The notes below the pieces were generated by a model. It saw nothing but the letters and a program-made list of their open reading frames with translations. It had not been told where the DNA came from and did not search any database. The position numbers and the translations under genes are program-made. A DNA stretch of 63,804 nucleotides, the filler included, from Octopus bimaculoides (Eukaryota), in NCBI RefSeq assembly GCF_001194135.2. It is 10 parts of 9 records of this genome, joined end to end, with 100 filler letters (N's around TTAATTAATTAA, not from the genome) between each part and the next. Parts side by side here need not be neighbours in the genome. Positions count along the whole stretch, not along the records: positions 29,523 to 43,053 come from NC_068987.1; positions 43,154 to 50,560 come from NC_068995.1; positions 50,661 to 58,616 come from NC_069003.1; 7 more parts are not named here. One strand, 5' to 3'. Each line of letters begins with the position of its first letter. Within the stretch, counting starts at the first letter, position 1. Below are positions 40,420-52,350 of this stretch, piece by piece.

Positions 40420-41010
40420 TGTAAGTTTGAAGTATGAATTGTTGCTTGTGCATGCAGGGAAAGAAGGTTCCCTCCCTAATGTTTAAAATGTTCATTGTTA
40501 ATGTCATGATATTTAGTTTTTCAGTGATGCATGGCTCGCATTTGCTGTTCATCCCCTGTAAGTGCTGCCCTTAGCTGTAGTACTCCAGTTTATATGAATT
40601 ATATTGGATAAAGATGTTATATGTCTTTTGTTTTTATCTTTGAACAAAGTCAAATGCAGCATATATCTTTCTTTGAAGATGTTTTCCATCATTCTGATGT
40701 AAGTTTTTGTTGTTCTGTTCAAATCCATGATACTGGCCTTGTACACAAATTCTGTTTTTTCTCCCCTAGGCATCTATTGTTCAAAGGACAGCTGTCCGGA
40801 GATCTAAAATTACAGAATCTTTTGGGGCTGTTCTTAATGTTGTGATTGAAAATGATCAACTTTATATTGGGGAGGAAACTATAGCTGACTGTGACTGTAT
40901 TTCTATCGAAGATCTTGTGGTATTTATGTGATGGAAAGGGTTATCTCTAAATTTCAGAAATTTTCTAGCTATTTTCCTGGCTACATTCATAGTAAAACAG
41001 TGTTACACTA
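40420..41010 (-). mobile_element. Penelope-like element remnant (GIY-YIG region)
   Basis: FPSHKYHKIFDRNTVTVSYSFLPNIKLIIFNHN, CNFRSPDSCPLNNRC, FVYKASI...TKTYIRMMENIFKERY..H and CEPCITEKLNIM...LNIR. Confidence 0.85.
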
Positions 41011-41959
41011 CCTTTATTGCAATTAGCTTTTAAAATTTAAAGAATTTAGTAAAATGAGCTTGTTTTTGTTAAGCTTGTGTTTGGGACATAAATTATCATG
41101 AAGCTATATTGTGGAAAATTTTAATTTGAAAAACTCTGAAACAGGAAATTTTTACTACAGAAACAGTGTTAATTTCAAGTGTGTTGGTATCAAAAAGGTT
41201 ATGCTACAGTTCAATAAAAAGTCCAACAATCAGCCCTTTCATGTTGAAACTGGCCATATCCAGCCTTTCATACCTATCCTACAATGTCATTCTAATTTTT
41301 TTTTTTTATATCACATCATCGAAATCTCGAAGCTATGAGATAATGCATGATTAATTCAAAATAATTTGAATAAATAAGCATTACATTTGAAAGAGTTATC
41401 TGAATGCCAAAGGATTAATATGTTGAGGGAATTGTTAGTGGGTACTAGTGAGCCCCATTTCAATGTTCCCAGCTATTCTGTCAACTGTACATTCACATCA
41501 GAAGGGGCCAAGTGGTACTGAAAGAGTTAGTATTTTAATAAGTTTCCATTACCTTGGTAAATGTATACTGTTACAATTGATCTAAATTCAGTTGACATGG
41601 TTACTATAGATACCTCTGACCTATGAACCCACCAGCATCCCTACTCTCCTTCTTTGTCTATCTGTCTCTGACTCACTGTCTATCCTGCTTTATTTATATC
41701 TCTTTCTGCCCATCTGTGTGTGTATGTCTTTCTGCAAATGTGTGTATAAGTGTCTCTCTCAGTCACCATATGTGTATGTACACATATATGATCCTGCATT
41801 CTCTCTCTCTTCCTCTCTTCCTCTCACTCCCTCTTTCTCACTCTGTATGTGTGTGTCTCTCTTTGTCTCTCATTCTGAGTGTATATGTGTGTTCCTGTCT
41901 GTCTTTCTCTTTCCTTCTGTCTGTCTGTCCATTTCTTTCATTCTCTGTCCCTTTCTATT

Positions 41960-42067
<108 letters not shown>

Positions 42068-42439
42068 ACTCTTTCTCTCTCGCTCCCTCCCCTACACACA
42101 CACAAACACACACACATAACCACAAAATCACTGCATACATTAATTATTGTTTTTGTTTTGTTTTGTTTTTATATTCTTTATGACCACCATCACCACTACC
42201 AGACCCCTTCCCCCTGCCCCCTGCCAAACACACACACACACACACACACACTACCACTACCACCTCCACTAGCACACCCTGCTGCCATTACCAGAATTAT
42301 TTACATTAAGCCATGTCATGCAAACATATTTTGAGTAAATGTACAATTCAAAGTCAATAGCAATATTTGAGTTTGAACTTGTAATGCAGTGCTTCAATCA
42401 ATAGCAACCTGCCACATTAACCTTCTGCTTAGGGCATTA

Positions 42440-42640
42440 TCCTTTAGCTGTTCCTTGTTTTAGTCTTTGCACTGGGGCTATGCTGGAGCACCACATTAAA
42501 GGGGTTTTTAGTGGATTAATCAGCCCCAATACTTTTTTCCTTAAACTTGGTACTTTTGTGGAACCGCTAATTTACGTGGTCATAAACAAACCAACACCAA
42601 TAAGGGACAAACAAAGTACCGATAAGGGACAAACAAAAAG
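42440..42640 (-). mobile_element. SINE family A tail fragment
   Basis: GCTATGCTGGAGCACCAC...GGAACCGCTAATTTAC. Confidence 0.7.
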
Positions 42641-42722
42641 GCACACACACAGACATATATCTATATACGCATATACATAAACATATCACTCTCTCCCTAT
42701 CTATCTTTTTATCTATCTATCC

Positions 42723-42779
<57 letters not shown>

Positions 42780-43724
42780 ATCTATCTATCTATCATCATG
42801 GACGGACGGTAGACACATCGGCTCCCATGTAAGTTGCATTTTTCACCTCTTAAAAGACCTATTTTGTTTTAAAATTTTGTATAAGTTGTGTATAACACAA
42901 AATACTTCGTGAACATATATTTTTCAAATCGGAAATAGCTCTATTTAGAGCCTTATTTCCAAAAATTCAAACATATTTTCCTCGTTCCTAGCCATATTCT
43001 TTTAAACGAATATGGCTAAGGTTTTCAACGAGGCCGACTTCCCGCTCCTAATGNNNNNNNNNNNNNNNNNNNNNNNNNNNNNNNNNNNNNNNNNNNNTTA
43101 ATTAATTAANNNNNNNNNNNNNNNNNNNNNNNNNNNNNNNNNNNNNNNNNNNNATATATATATATATATATATATATATATAACTCAGTTCTAACAGCTG
43201 GTGTGCCCCACATCAGTTCTTTTTATGTGGACCTTTTTACAAAATGTCAAACGTTCTTTCTCTTCTTTTTTTAAAAATATCCTTCCCCTTTGAAATCTTT
43301 AACCTTAAGCACTGCAAAGTAATCAGATCAACCTTCCCCCACCACTGCCCACCTCCACCGATCCCATAAACACAAACCCTCCCCTATTTTCGTACTAAAC
43401 ACTCACCAAAACACTTACCATAATGTAGTCCCCGTATTTATTTTCATTACTACATCTTTTCAAGGTATCACCACTTAAGCTACTTCTACCTACTTTTGGG
43501 ACTCCCTATCATCTTACCCAACCATTCCTTCCCTTACTACATCCTACTTCTCCACCCCGACAGGTACCAATTGCTACCTAAATATATATTTATATAGATA
43601 TGTATACCCCGAAACTTGTTAACTGGTTACCAACCCAACCACAATTACCAGGTTTGCTCTGTTGCACGTTTTTTTTTTCGCTCGCTTATTCTTATCATAT
43701 TTATCGTCTCTTCTCTGTTATCTT

Positions 43725-44075
43725 TATCTCTTACTTGTTTCGGCTATTAGGCTGCAGCCATACTGGGGCATCACCTCGAAGGGTTTAGTCAAATACATCG
43801 ATTCCAGCTCTTTTTTCCTTCTCTCTTTTTCTTAAAGTTTGTTACTTATTTTATCACTCTCTATTTGCCGAACTGCTATGTTACGGGGACGTAAACAAAC
43901 CAAAGTTTGTTGTTATGCGGTGGTGGTTGTGGTGGTGGAGATAAACAAAAACACAAAGAAGCCACAGTCCCACTGTGTGGCACCTTGGGCAGGTATCTTC
44001 TACTGTAGCCTTGAGCCGACCAAAGCCTTGTGAGTGGATTTTGTAGAAGGAAACTGAAAGAAACCCGTCGTACAA
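43725..44075. mobile_element. SINE family A fragments (minus-strand tail 43725-43935, plus-strand head 43960-44075)
   Basis: TTTGCCGAACTGCTATGTTACGGGGACGTAAAC and CAGTCCCACTGTGTGGCACCTTGGGCAGGTATCTTCTAC. Confidence 0.75.
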
Positions 44076-44479
44076 ACGCACGCGCACACACACAGAGGCA
44101 TACCTCGGCTCAAGTCGTTTCGATTCAAGTCGTTCTCAATTATACGTCGGTTTTCAAAAATAATATATGGAAAGATAAAAATCATGGTCGCAGTCAGATG
44201 ACTGAAACAGATAAAAGATTTATATGATAAGCTTCTTTCAGTTTCCGTTTACCAAATCCACCCACCATGCTTTGGTCTGTCCGGTGCTAGAGTAGAAAAC
44301 TTTTGCCCTGAATTCTCAGGCTGGGAAGCAAACTTTTCACCTCAGAAAGGAGTCTCTTCTGATTTTCTTTTTCTTTCGGGCCCCAGAGCTCATGAGGCCA
44401 GAAACCCAACTTCCACGTCGTATAAGCGACAGAGATCACAACAACTCCATTGAACGGGACCCCGATCAACTGCAGGGTT

Positions 44480-44690
44480 CAGGACCAGCAGTTTTGAAGA
44501 GAGGGTCAAGTCGATTATATTGATACTCTTCTCCAGTACTTGACGGGTACTTTATTTTACTGACACCCCAGAATGGAAGACAGGCGAAGTTGATCTCAGA
44601 GGGATTTGAACTCAAAACGTAAAAACCCGGAAGAACTACTGCTGCTGCTCTACATTTCCTCCGTCGTGCTAACGATTCTGCCATCTCGTT
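44480..44690 (-). mobile_element. Degenerate SINE family D
   Basis: GTCAAGTCGATTATATTG...GGATTTGAACTCAAAACGTAAA...GTGCTAACGATTCTGCCATCTCG. Confidence 0.75.
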
Positions 44691-44937
44691 ACCGTCTCGC
44701 TTCCGACAAGAAACATTCAGTTTAATAGCACGAGGCTAACACTTTTTCTTGATCTATGCAAAGCCATCGATACAGATTAGACGTTAACCGCTTATTTGCA
44801 TTCTTACATCTAGTGCCAGCATTCCTTCTACATTGGTTTATTCAAAGAATTAAACGAGGAATAATTGAATGCTGGAATTATATGTTACTAATTTGTATTA
44901 TAGTACAAAGATGTTTTTCATCTATTTACTAGGTTTT

Positions 44938-44988
<51 letters not shown>

Positions 44989-46629
44989 CACAGACACACA
45001 CACATATATGTATAAGTATATATTTATATATGTATATATGTATATATAAGTATGCATATATGAGTGTGTGTGTGTTTATGTATGTATGCTTAAATGACTG
45101 GCAAAATGACAAAGTAACCTGCTGCAGTCTGGAAAGCGTGCTACATTTCTGAATACCAAATAGCAAGGAAGTTGCTATCAAGACAGACTCTTCCTATATG
45201 TATTACTTTCATCATATTCCCCACAAAAATAAAATTAAAAAAAAACCCAGCAACAGTGGTTATACTTAACAAAAACCAGCAGTTCCCATTTTCGTAACTT
45301 AAACCAGTTTTCTAGAAAGTAACACTTAAATCACTAAAGATGTGAGAGAGATCAGTGTTTGAAAGGTAGAAAATGAATACGGAGATACAATTACGGCTTA
45401 GTGTAAACTAGTCTGGGCGTAAGAATCTTAGTTTTGTCAGAGCCGTGCACACATTTTGTTGAGGCTCAGTTTCAGAAGCCAAGCTGGTTGATATGTATCT
45501 TGTCTGCTGCCACTACTGAAAATTAATATCAAATTCCTCTTTGCTAATGACTAGTTTATTTATACATATATTATGTGTATATATATATATATATTTTTTT
45601 TCTCTTTTCACTATTGCTTGAAAGCAGCAGTCACGAACGAGCATCGCAAGCTTGCAAGGTGTCTTAATACTCCCTTTCTTTCTCTCTAACACAAATTTTC
45701 ACTTGTGGCAGTCAAGTGTCTTTTAATAAACCAGAAGAATCTAGACTGTCTAAAATTATCCTAGAAATTACCAGATAGTATTTCTACTATTTTTTTCCCC
45801 TCTCTTTCCGTCAGCTCATCCTTCAATTTGACTAATAATACAGAAAAATATATATATATACAGAGAGAAGTTTACAAGCTAACAAAAAAAAACAAAAAAA
45901 CTTCTCACTTGTCACTCACTGCACAGTTTGGCATAAATCTCTCTCTCCCCCTCTCTTCCTCCGCTCTCTTTTCCTCTCTCTCTCTCTCTCTCCCCCTCTC
46001 TCTCTCTCTCTCTCTCTCTTTACTTCTCTCTCCAAATTCCTTAATGTCTTTCAAATGATGATTTTCAAGATTGGTGCAGACGACAACTTTTGTAGGAAGG
46101 TTTAGGCTAACACTTATATTATCGGAAATCGGAAATAGAGTGACAGGTAAAACAAAAAAAAGTAAAAGTTATCGATAAAAAGCTGCCATTTTTGGTTGGG
46201 GGGAAAGAAAAAAAATTACAGGAAAAATCTATAGATGCTTTAAATAAGATATCTGAGACTAGACATGAACAACAAAAATGTAGGACACATTAGATAATGT
46301 ATTCCTGGGTGCACTTTGGTTAAAACCAAGACGGATCAAGTAGGGCTGAACTGCCTTCGATCATAGGCGGATTCATTTAAGACTGACCTTGAAGCTAAGC
46401 AGAAGCAGCGGTCGCTGTTCCCCCCCCCCTTCGGTGTTATAAGTCATTGCAGTCTTCGAATGCCAAGTAACTGATAGGTAGAAGTATCTGCTACGCCAGA
46501 CCGACTCAGCATCACGTCACTCTATTTCACCAGCTGACCTTTAGGATATTTCGTAGACATTGTTGGTGAAATGTCTCCAATCTGTTGACTACATTCACTG
46601 ACGGTTTTGTTCCACTGCTATAAAAGACT

Positions 46630-46780
46630 CCCTTTTATAGGTCGACTTTGCTTTCACCCTTTCGGGATTGATAAAATAAGTACCAATTGAGTAATGGGGG
46701 TCGATGTAATCGATTAGAATTCTCCCCCACAATTTCAGGCCTTGTGCCTATTGTAGAAAGGATTATTATTATTATTATTA
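46630..46780 (+). mobile_element. SINE family D 3' half with (ATT)n tail
   Basis: GGTCGACTTTGCTTTCACCCTTTCGGGATTGATAAAATAAGTACC...AATTTCAGGCCTTGTGCCTATTGTAGAAAGGATTATTATT. Confidence 0.85.
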
Positions 46781-46820
46781 TGAAGCTAACCTGGAACGTC
46801 TGGATTAAAATTTGCTTGTA

Positions 46821-47035
46821 CGAAGGGGTGCTTAAAAGTTCCTGTCTTTAAAGGTATCGCGAAAGGCCTGGTTGAAAGCCCAACTTTCCGAGTTCTTTTA
46901 CAGGGCTTAGAAAAACTGAAGAACCGCTGCAATAAGTGTGAACCTGAGAGGGGAATATACTGAATTAAATCATAATTAACTTATTTTCCTGCATTTTCTG
47001 TCACTCAAAGCCAGGAAATTTTCAGCACGCCCTCG
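46821..47035 (+). mobile_element. Mariner-derived MITE with TA target duplication
   Basis: TA|CGAAGGGGTGCTTAAAAGTTCCTGTCTTT ... AAAGCCAGGAAATTTTCAGCACGCCCTCG|TA; the TIRs match at 24 of 30 positions by hand. The interior retains LQGLEKLKNRCNKC, a mariner transposase C-terminus. Confidence 0.9.
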
Positions 47036-47099
47036 TAGTGGTGAGCATCGGGATAAAATTAGCTTATAGGAAGCTCAACTTCGTTTATAGAACCTGGAG

Positions 47100-47640
47100 C
47101 AATTTTTTTCTAAACATTTGTTTGGAAAAAAAGTGCGTCTCATATACCGTCAAACGCTGGTCGCTGGATCTTCATATCAGTACTGATGCTTGTTGTTGCC
47201 CGGCTTTGGTGCTGGAATACCACCCTCGCTATGTTAATTTCACTGTTTACATCAATTTCTATAGTTCGATCATTACTGATCACATTTTCCAGGTCAGAGA
47301 AATTGTTCACATCTTCTGCAATTTGTTGTCTGCTGGCGAAGAAACACTGGGTAGTGGAATCCACTTAGTTTTTCACAGCTACTCTGAGCCTGATCCTTCT
47401 TATTAGTTTTGCAGGCCAGCTCTTGTTTCTGAAAGTAGCACAATGTCATCGGCAAAAGCCACATCAAAATGCTTGTCCGTTTTCTTCTGCGACAGTTCTG
47501 CGGTGTTTCCACTGGTATCTTCTTCATTACAAGGTCGACTATGAGCAGAAACAGAAGCATTGACAGGACGCAGCCCTTGCAGACAGCAGTAACGTTGTTG
47601 AAGTTTTCCGTAGGCCAGCGTTAGTCCTAACACAAAATCT
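47100..47640 (-). mobile_element. RTE-like reverse transcriptase remnant
   Basis: DVAFADDIVLLSE, then EDVNNFSDLENVISNDRTIEIDVNSEINIARVVF, resembling RT motifs FADD and F.YLGS.IS...EV..RI.KA...F. Confidence 0.7.
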
Positions 47641-47761
47641 AGAGATTCTAGAAAATGTTGAGGTATTGTTGAAGTGTACCATATGCTTGGGTGAACTTCC
47701 AGAGTGATTCCTGATATATATATATATACTTTATTTAAAAGCAGCAGAAATATAACAAAAG

Positions 47762-47801
47762 ACTGTTACTCGGAGTTTCACGTTCCCGTTCATCGGACAA
47801 T
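47762..47801 (-). ncRNA. Candidate minimal type I hammerhead ribozyme (variant core)
   Basis: ATTGT-CCGATGA-ACG(GGAA)CGT-GAA-ACTC(C)GAGT-A-ACAGT: stems I, II and III pair around the core, with C in place of U4. Confidence 0.55.
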
Positions 47802-48773
47802 TTTGTTAGAAATGGGATAAACGTCGATTATGAAGAGCAAAGTAGGGCTTAAACTATGTAAGGAACTTGATACAATTCAATAGAGTAATTTATATATTTC
47901 AGTGAAATGCTGATTGTAAACTGCAGCTACAGGTTTCGACTATTTGAAACATTTCCGAAGAAGTGAGTGTACACCTGTCGCACTCAACTCTTAGCTACTT
48001 CATGCATACATACATACATACATACATACATACATACATACATNNNNNNNNNNNNNNNNNNNNNNNNNNNNNNNNNNNNNNNNNNNNNNNNNNNNNNNNN
48101 NNNNNNNNNNNNNNNNNNNNNNNNNNNNNNNNNNNNNNNNNNNNNNNNNNNNNNNNNNNNNNNNNNNNNNNNNNNNNNNNNNNNNNNTATATATATATTT
48201 ATAAATATACATATATAAATATATATATATGTATACACATATATTTGCATATATGTGTGCGGAGGCGGATAATTGGGTGCGTGTATGTATGCGAGTGGTG
48301 ATGCATGTTTGTGGAAGGGTATAGATGGGTGGGTGGGTGTCTCTGTGGAAGCTATATATAAGATGTCACAATGACACTCAGCTCTGGTGTAAGGTTCCTT
48401 ATAGCTGAAACAGCTGTAAGTTAATGAAAGTGATTACGTAGCGCTTGTTCATTTGTCATTCATGTATTAATTAATATTATGCCCTTATGCTCTGTACTGA
48501 CGTACTGGTTTACTGTGAAATATGAGCCTATTGAATTTCAACAACCGGTTATTAGTGTCACCATAGCTAAGTCATGCATGTGTTTGTATGTATGTGTGTA
48601 TAAATACATATACATACATGCATACAAGCATATACATACATGCATACAAGCATATACATACATATATACATAGATACATAGATAGATAGATAGATACATA
48701 CATACATACATATATGCATACATATATTTACACACACATTAAAAATAATACTGTAAATTCCAGTCTTCGCTTA

Positions 48774-48822
<49 letters not shown>

Positions 48823-48889
48823 ATGATATGATCTAGTTTCAGCTCATGAGCTGTGGCCACGCTGGGGCACCACCATTTGGTGTTGCTAC

Positions 48890-49165
48890 ATTATTTTACT
48901 TCATTACTTCTTTTTAGAAATTGAGGTTTGGTGCATGAAGGAGTTTGATGCCGCTGCCCTCATTCGCACTTCCTGCGGTGAAGTTGGTTCATCTGGGACA
49001 CTTGACAGTAAGAGATCTAGTTTCACTTTGAAGACACTTACATCCACCACATGTAGCTATCTCAAGTCCTTCGGGAGGATATTGAAGAGCTGTAGGCCGT
49101 TAAAGCTCAGGCTGTTGCAATATCTTGTCCTGTGTTTTGATGGCAAAGTTGGAGTCTTTGGCATA
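48890..49165 (-). mobile_element. CR1-clade LINE 3' end
   Basis: [48 protein letters not shown]...RAAASNSF, a typical CR1 ORF2 C-terminus. Confidence 0.85.
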
Positions 49166-49184
49166 TATATATTATATATACACC

Positions 49185-49220
<36 letters not shown>

Positions 49221-49357
49221 AATACACACAAATATATATATACATACATATATATATATGTATGCACACACACATGCATAAATATGTACATATATGCATA
49301 TGTATCTATCTATCTATCTGTATATATACATATATGCATATATATATATGTATCTAT

Positions 49358-49400
<43 letters not shown>

Positions 49401-49619
49401 NNNNNNNNNNNNNNNNNNNNNNNNNNNNNNNNNNNNNNNNNNNNNNNNNNNNNNNNNNNNNNNNNNNNNNNNNNNNNNNNNNNNNNNNNNNNNNNNNNNN
49501 AAAAAAAAAAAGAAGAAAAACAAAAAAAGTTTTCAGCAGTCAGAAGAAGCGTAGCAGCAGAAGTTTGTGAAGTAAAACGTTCGTTCCTTCACCGCAGGAA
49601 TTAAAATAATAATAATAAC

Positions 49620-49652
<33 letters not shown>

Positions 49653-50660
49653 AAATAAAATAAGTAGGAAATTCTTCAGCGAAGCAGATATATAAAACAG
49701 GAATTGCTAAAATAAACCAAACCCATCTGTATAACCAGCGAAGAATTTTCAGCTGATTCATATGTATGGCGTCTTGCTTGCTTACATCGCTTGCTTGTCT
49801 TAAATACATCTCTGAGCAATTTCGTTGTTATTCGGTTTCTAGATGATTCAGTTCAGTTCGAGGGCCTACTTGATGTTTCTAACAAACATGGCTTCTCTTT
49901 TGTTGTTGTTGTTGTGTTCTTTTACTATTCTTTTGCCATTTTTTAAAAGCTTTCTGTCTTCCTTTTCATTCGTTTACCTTTTGTAATCTGAAAGCTTAGC
50001 TGTTAATTACTAAGAGAAAAGGTGAAAAGAAGAAGAAGAAGAAAGAAAGGAGAAAGGAAGAAAGTGAAGTTGAAAGAAAGAGAAAGCGGTACCTTTTGTG
50101 GGATTTGGATTCCAACATGACTGGAGGCTGAGTGGCACTGTGATGTGTGATAGACTACTCTGTACAAAACTTCCGAGTAACATAAGACTAGACAAAAAAG
50201 AAGAAAAGAAGAAAAAAGAAAAAGGTTTTTGGAAGAAAGAACTTTAAATTCCAGGGATTAATCTCTATGTCGACCATTCTCCATATTTGGACGTTTTTAG
50301 CTTGTCCAACGCAACTTCCCACTGATTTGGTTAATCATACAAGTGTGTTTACTTAATTATTTATGTTTAGCACGTACCTAATGGTTAAGCGTACATACAT
50401 ACATACATACATACATACATACATACATACATACACATTCAATCTCACACAAACACACACACAACAACAGGAATAAATACTTTGCATTTATAACACAAAT
50501 ATTGCTTTTGAGCAAAGCGATTAGCAAGATAGCCCAATAAACAATATAATGATATATATANNNNNNNNNNNNNNNNNNNNNNNNNNNNNNNNNNNNNNNN
50601 NNNNTTAATTAATTAANNNNNNNNNNNNNNNNNNNNNNNNNNNNNNNNNNNNNNNNNNNN

Positions 50661-50721
<61 letters not shown>

Positions 50722-50722
<1 letters not shown>

Positions 50723-50908
50723 TATCGACAAAGGTCGATACAGCTTGGCACAGTGACGTCACAGCTCATTTCTACCGCTGAGTGAACTGGAGCAACGTGA
50801 AATAAAGGGTCTTGCTCAAGATCGCAACACACAGCCCGGTTCGGGAATCGAACTCACTACCACATGATTGTGAGCCAGATGCTCTAACCACTAAGCCATG
50901 TGCCTTCG
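50722..50908 (-). mobile_element. tRNA-derived SINE family B
   Basis: Minus-strand head GAAGGCACATGGCTTAGTGGTTAGAGCATCTGGCTCACAATCATGTGGTAGTGAGTTCGATTCCCGAACC, then TTGAGCAAGACCCTTTATTTCACGTTGCTCCAGTTCACTCAGC. Confidence 0.85.
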
Positions 50909-50931
50909 CGCACACACACACACACACGCAC

Positions 50932-51360
50932 AATCCATTCACAAGACTTTGGTCGGCCCGAGGATACAGTAGAAGACATTTGTCCAAAGTGCCACGCAGT
51001 GGGTTCAGTTCCGCTGCATGGCACCTTGGACATGTGTCTTCTACTATAGCCTCAGGCCGACCAAAGCCTTGTGAGTGGATTTGGTTGACGGAAACTGAAA
51101 GAAGCCCGTCGTACATATATGTATATATGTATGTGTATGTGTGTGTCTATGTTTGTGTGTCAATGTTTGTCCTCTACAACATCGCTTGACAACCGATGCT
51201 AGTGCGTTTACGTCTCCGTAACTTAGCGGTTCAGAAAAAAGACCGATAGAATAAGTACTAGACTTAGAAAGAATAAGTCCTGAGGTCGATTTGCTCGACT
51301 AAAGGCGGTGCTCCAACATGGCCGCAGTCAAATGACTGAAACAAGTAAAAGAATAAAAGA
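50932..51360. mobile_element. SINE family A copy (+, 51011-51360) fused head-to-head to an inverted head fragment (-, 50932-51002)
   Basis: About 70-bp inverted arms around an 8-nt spacer; the plus arm continues into a full family A tail. Confidence 0.85.
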
Positions 51361-51429
51361 ATATATATATGTGTGCGGAGGGGGCATATATTTATATGTA
51401 TATATTCAATATATATATATATATGTATA

Positions 51430-51485
<56 letters not shown>

Positions 51486-52146
51486 NNNNNNNNNNNNNNN
51501 NNNNNNNNNNNNNNNNNNNNNNNNNNNNNNNNNNNNNNNNNNNNNNNNNNNNNNNNNNNNNNNNNNNNNNNNNNNNNNNNNNNNNNNNNNNNNNNNNNNN
51601 NNNNNNNNNNNNNNNNNNNNNNNNNNNNNNNNNNNNNNNNNNNNNNNNNNNNNNNNNNNNNNNNNNNNNNNNNNNNNNNNNNNNNNNNNNNNNNNNNNNN
51701 NNNNNNNNNNNNNNNNNNNNNNNNNNNNNNNNNNNNNNNNNNNNNNNNNNNNNNNNNNNNNNNNNNNNNNNNNNNNNNNNNNNNNNNNNNNNNNNNNNNN
51801 NNNNNNNNNNNNNNNNNNNNNNNNNNNNNNNNNNNNNNNNNNNNNNNNNNNNNNNNNNNNNNNNNNNNNNNNNNNNNNNNNNNNNNNNNNNNNNNNNNNN
51901 NNNNNNNNNNNNNNNNNNNNNNNNNNNNNNNNNNNNNNNNNNNNNNNNNNNNNNNNNNNNNNNNNNNNNNNNNNNNNNNNNNNNNNNNNNNNNNNNNNNN
52001 NNNNNNNNNNNNNNNNNNNNNNNNNNNNNNNNNNNNNNNNNNNNNNNNNNNNNNNNNNNNNNNNNNNNNNNNNNNNNNNNNNNNNNNNNNNNNNNNNNNN
52101 NNNNNNNNNNNNNNNNNNNNNNNNNNNNNNCCACCACCACCACCAC

Positions 52147-52350
52147 GGGCATATGGCGTAGTGTTTAAGAGCGCTGGCTACTAACCCCAAGATTCCGAGT
52201 TCAACATCGAAAAATGCCTCAGGAATGAGAACCCAGGTTCGAAATCTCCCCAGGGCACCTGAAGAAGGCTGGAGGGTATATCAGCCGAAACGTTGTGTTA
52301 ACAACAAACAAGATGAGGGCAAATATCCGTGAAATGTAAATGATGTAAAT
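52147..52350 (+). mobile_element. Short element with a tRNA-type head and a hammerhead-containing tail
   Basis: A box TGGCGTAGTG (52154-52163), B-box-like GAGTTCAA (52197-52204) and GGTTCGAAATC (52236-52246), then the hammerhead motif at 52254-52299. Confidence 0.6.
52254..52299 (+). ncRNA. Candidate minimal type I hammerhead ribozyme
   Basis: GGCAC-CTGAAGA-A-GGCTG(GAGGGTATAT)CAGCC-GAA-ACGT-T-GTGTT: CUGANGA and GAAA core, 5-bp stem II, palindromic ACGT stem III, GUU triplet, and 5-bp stem I with two G-U pairs. Confidence 0.65.
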
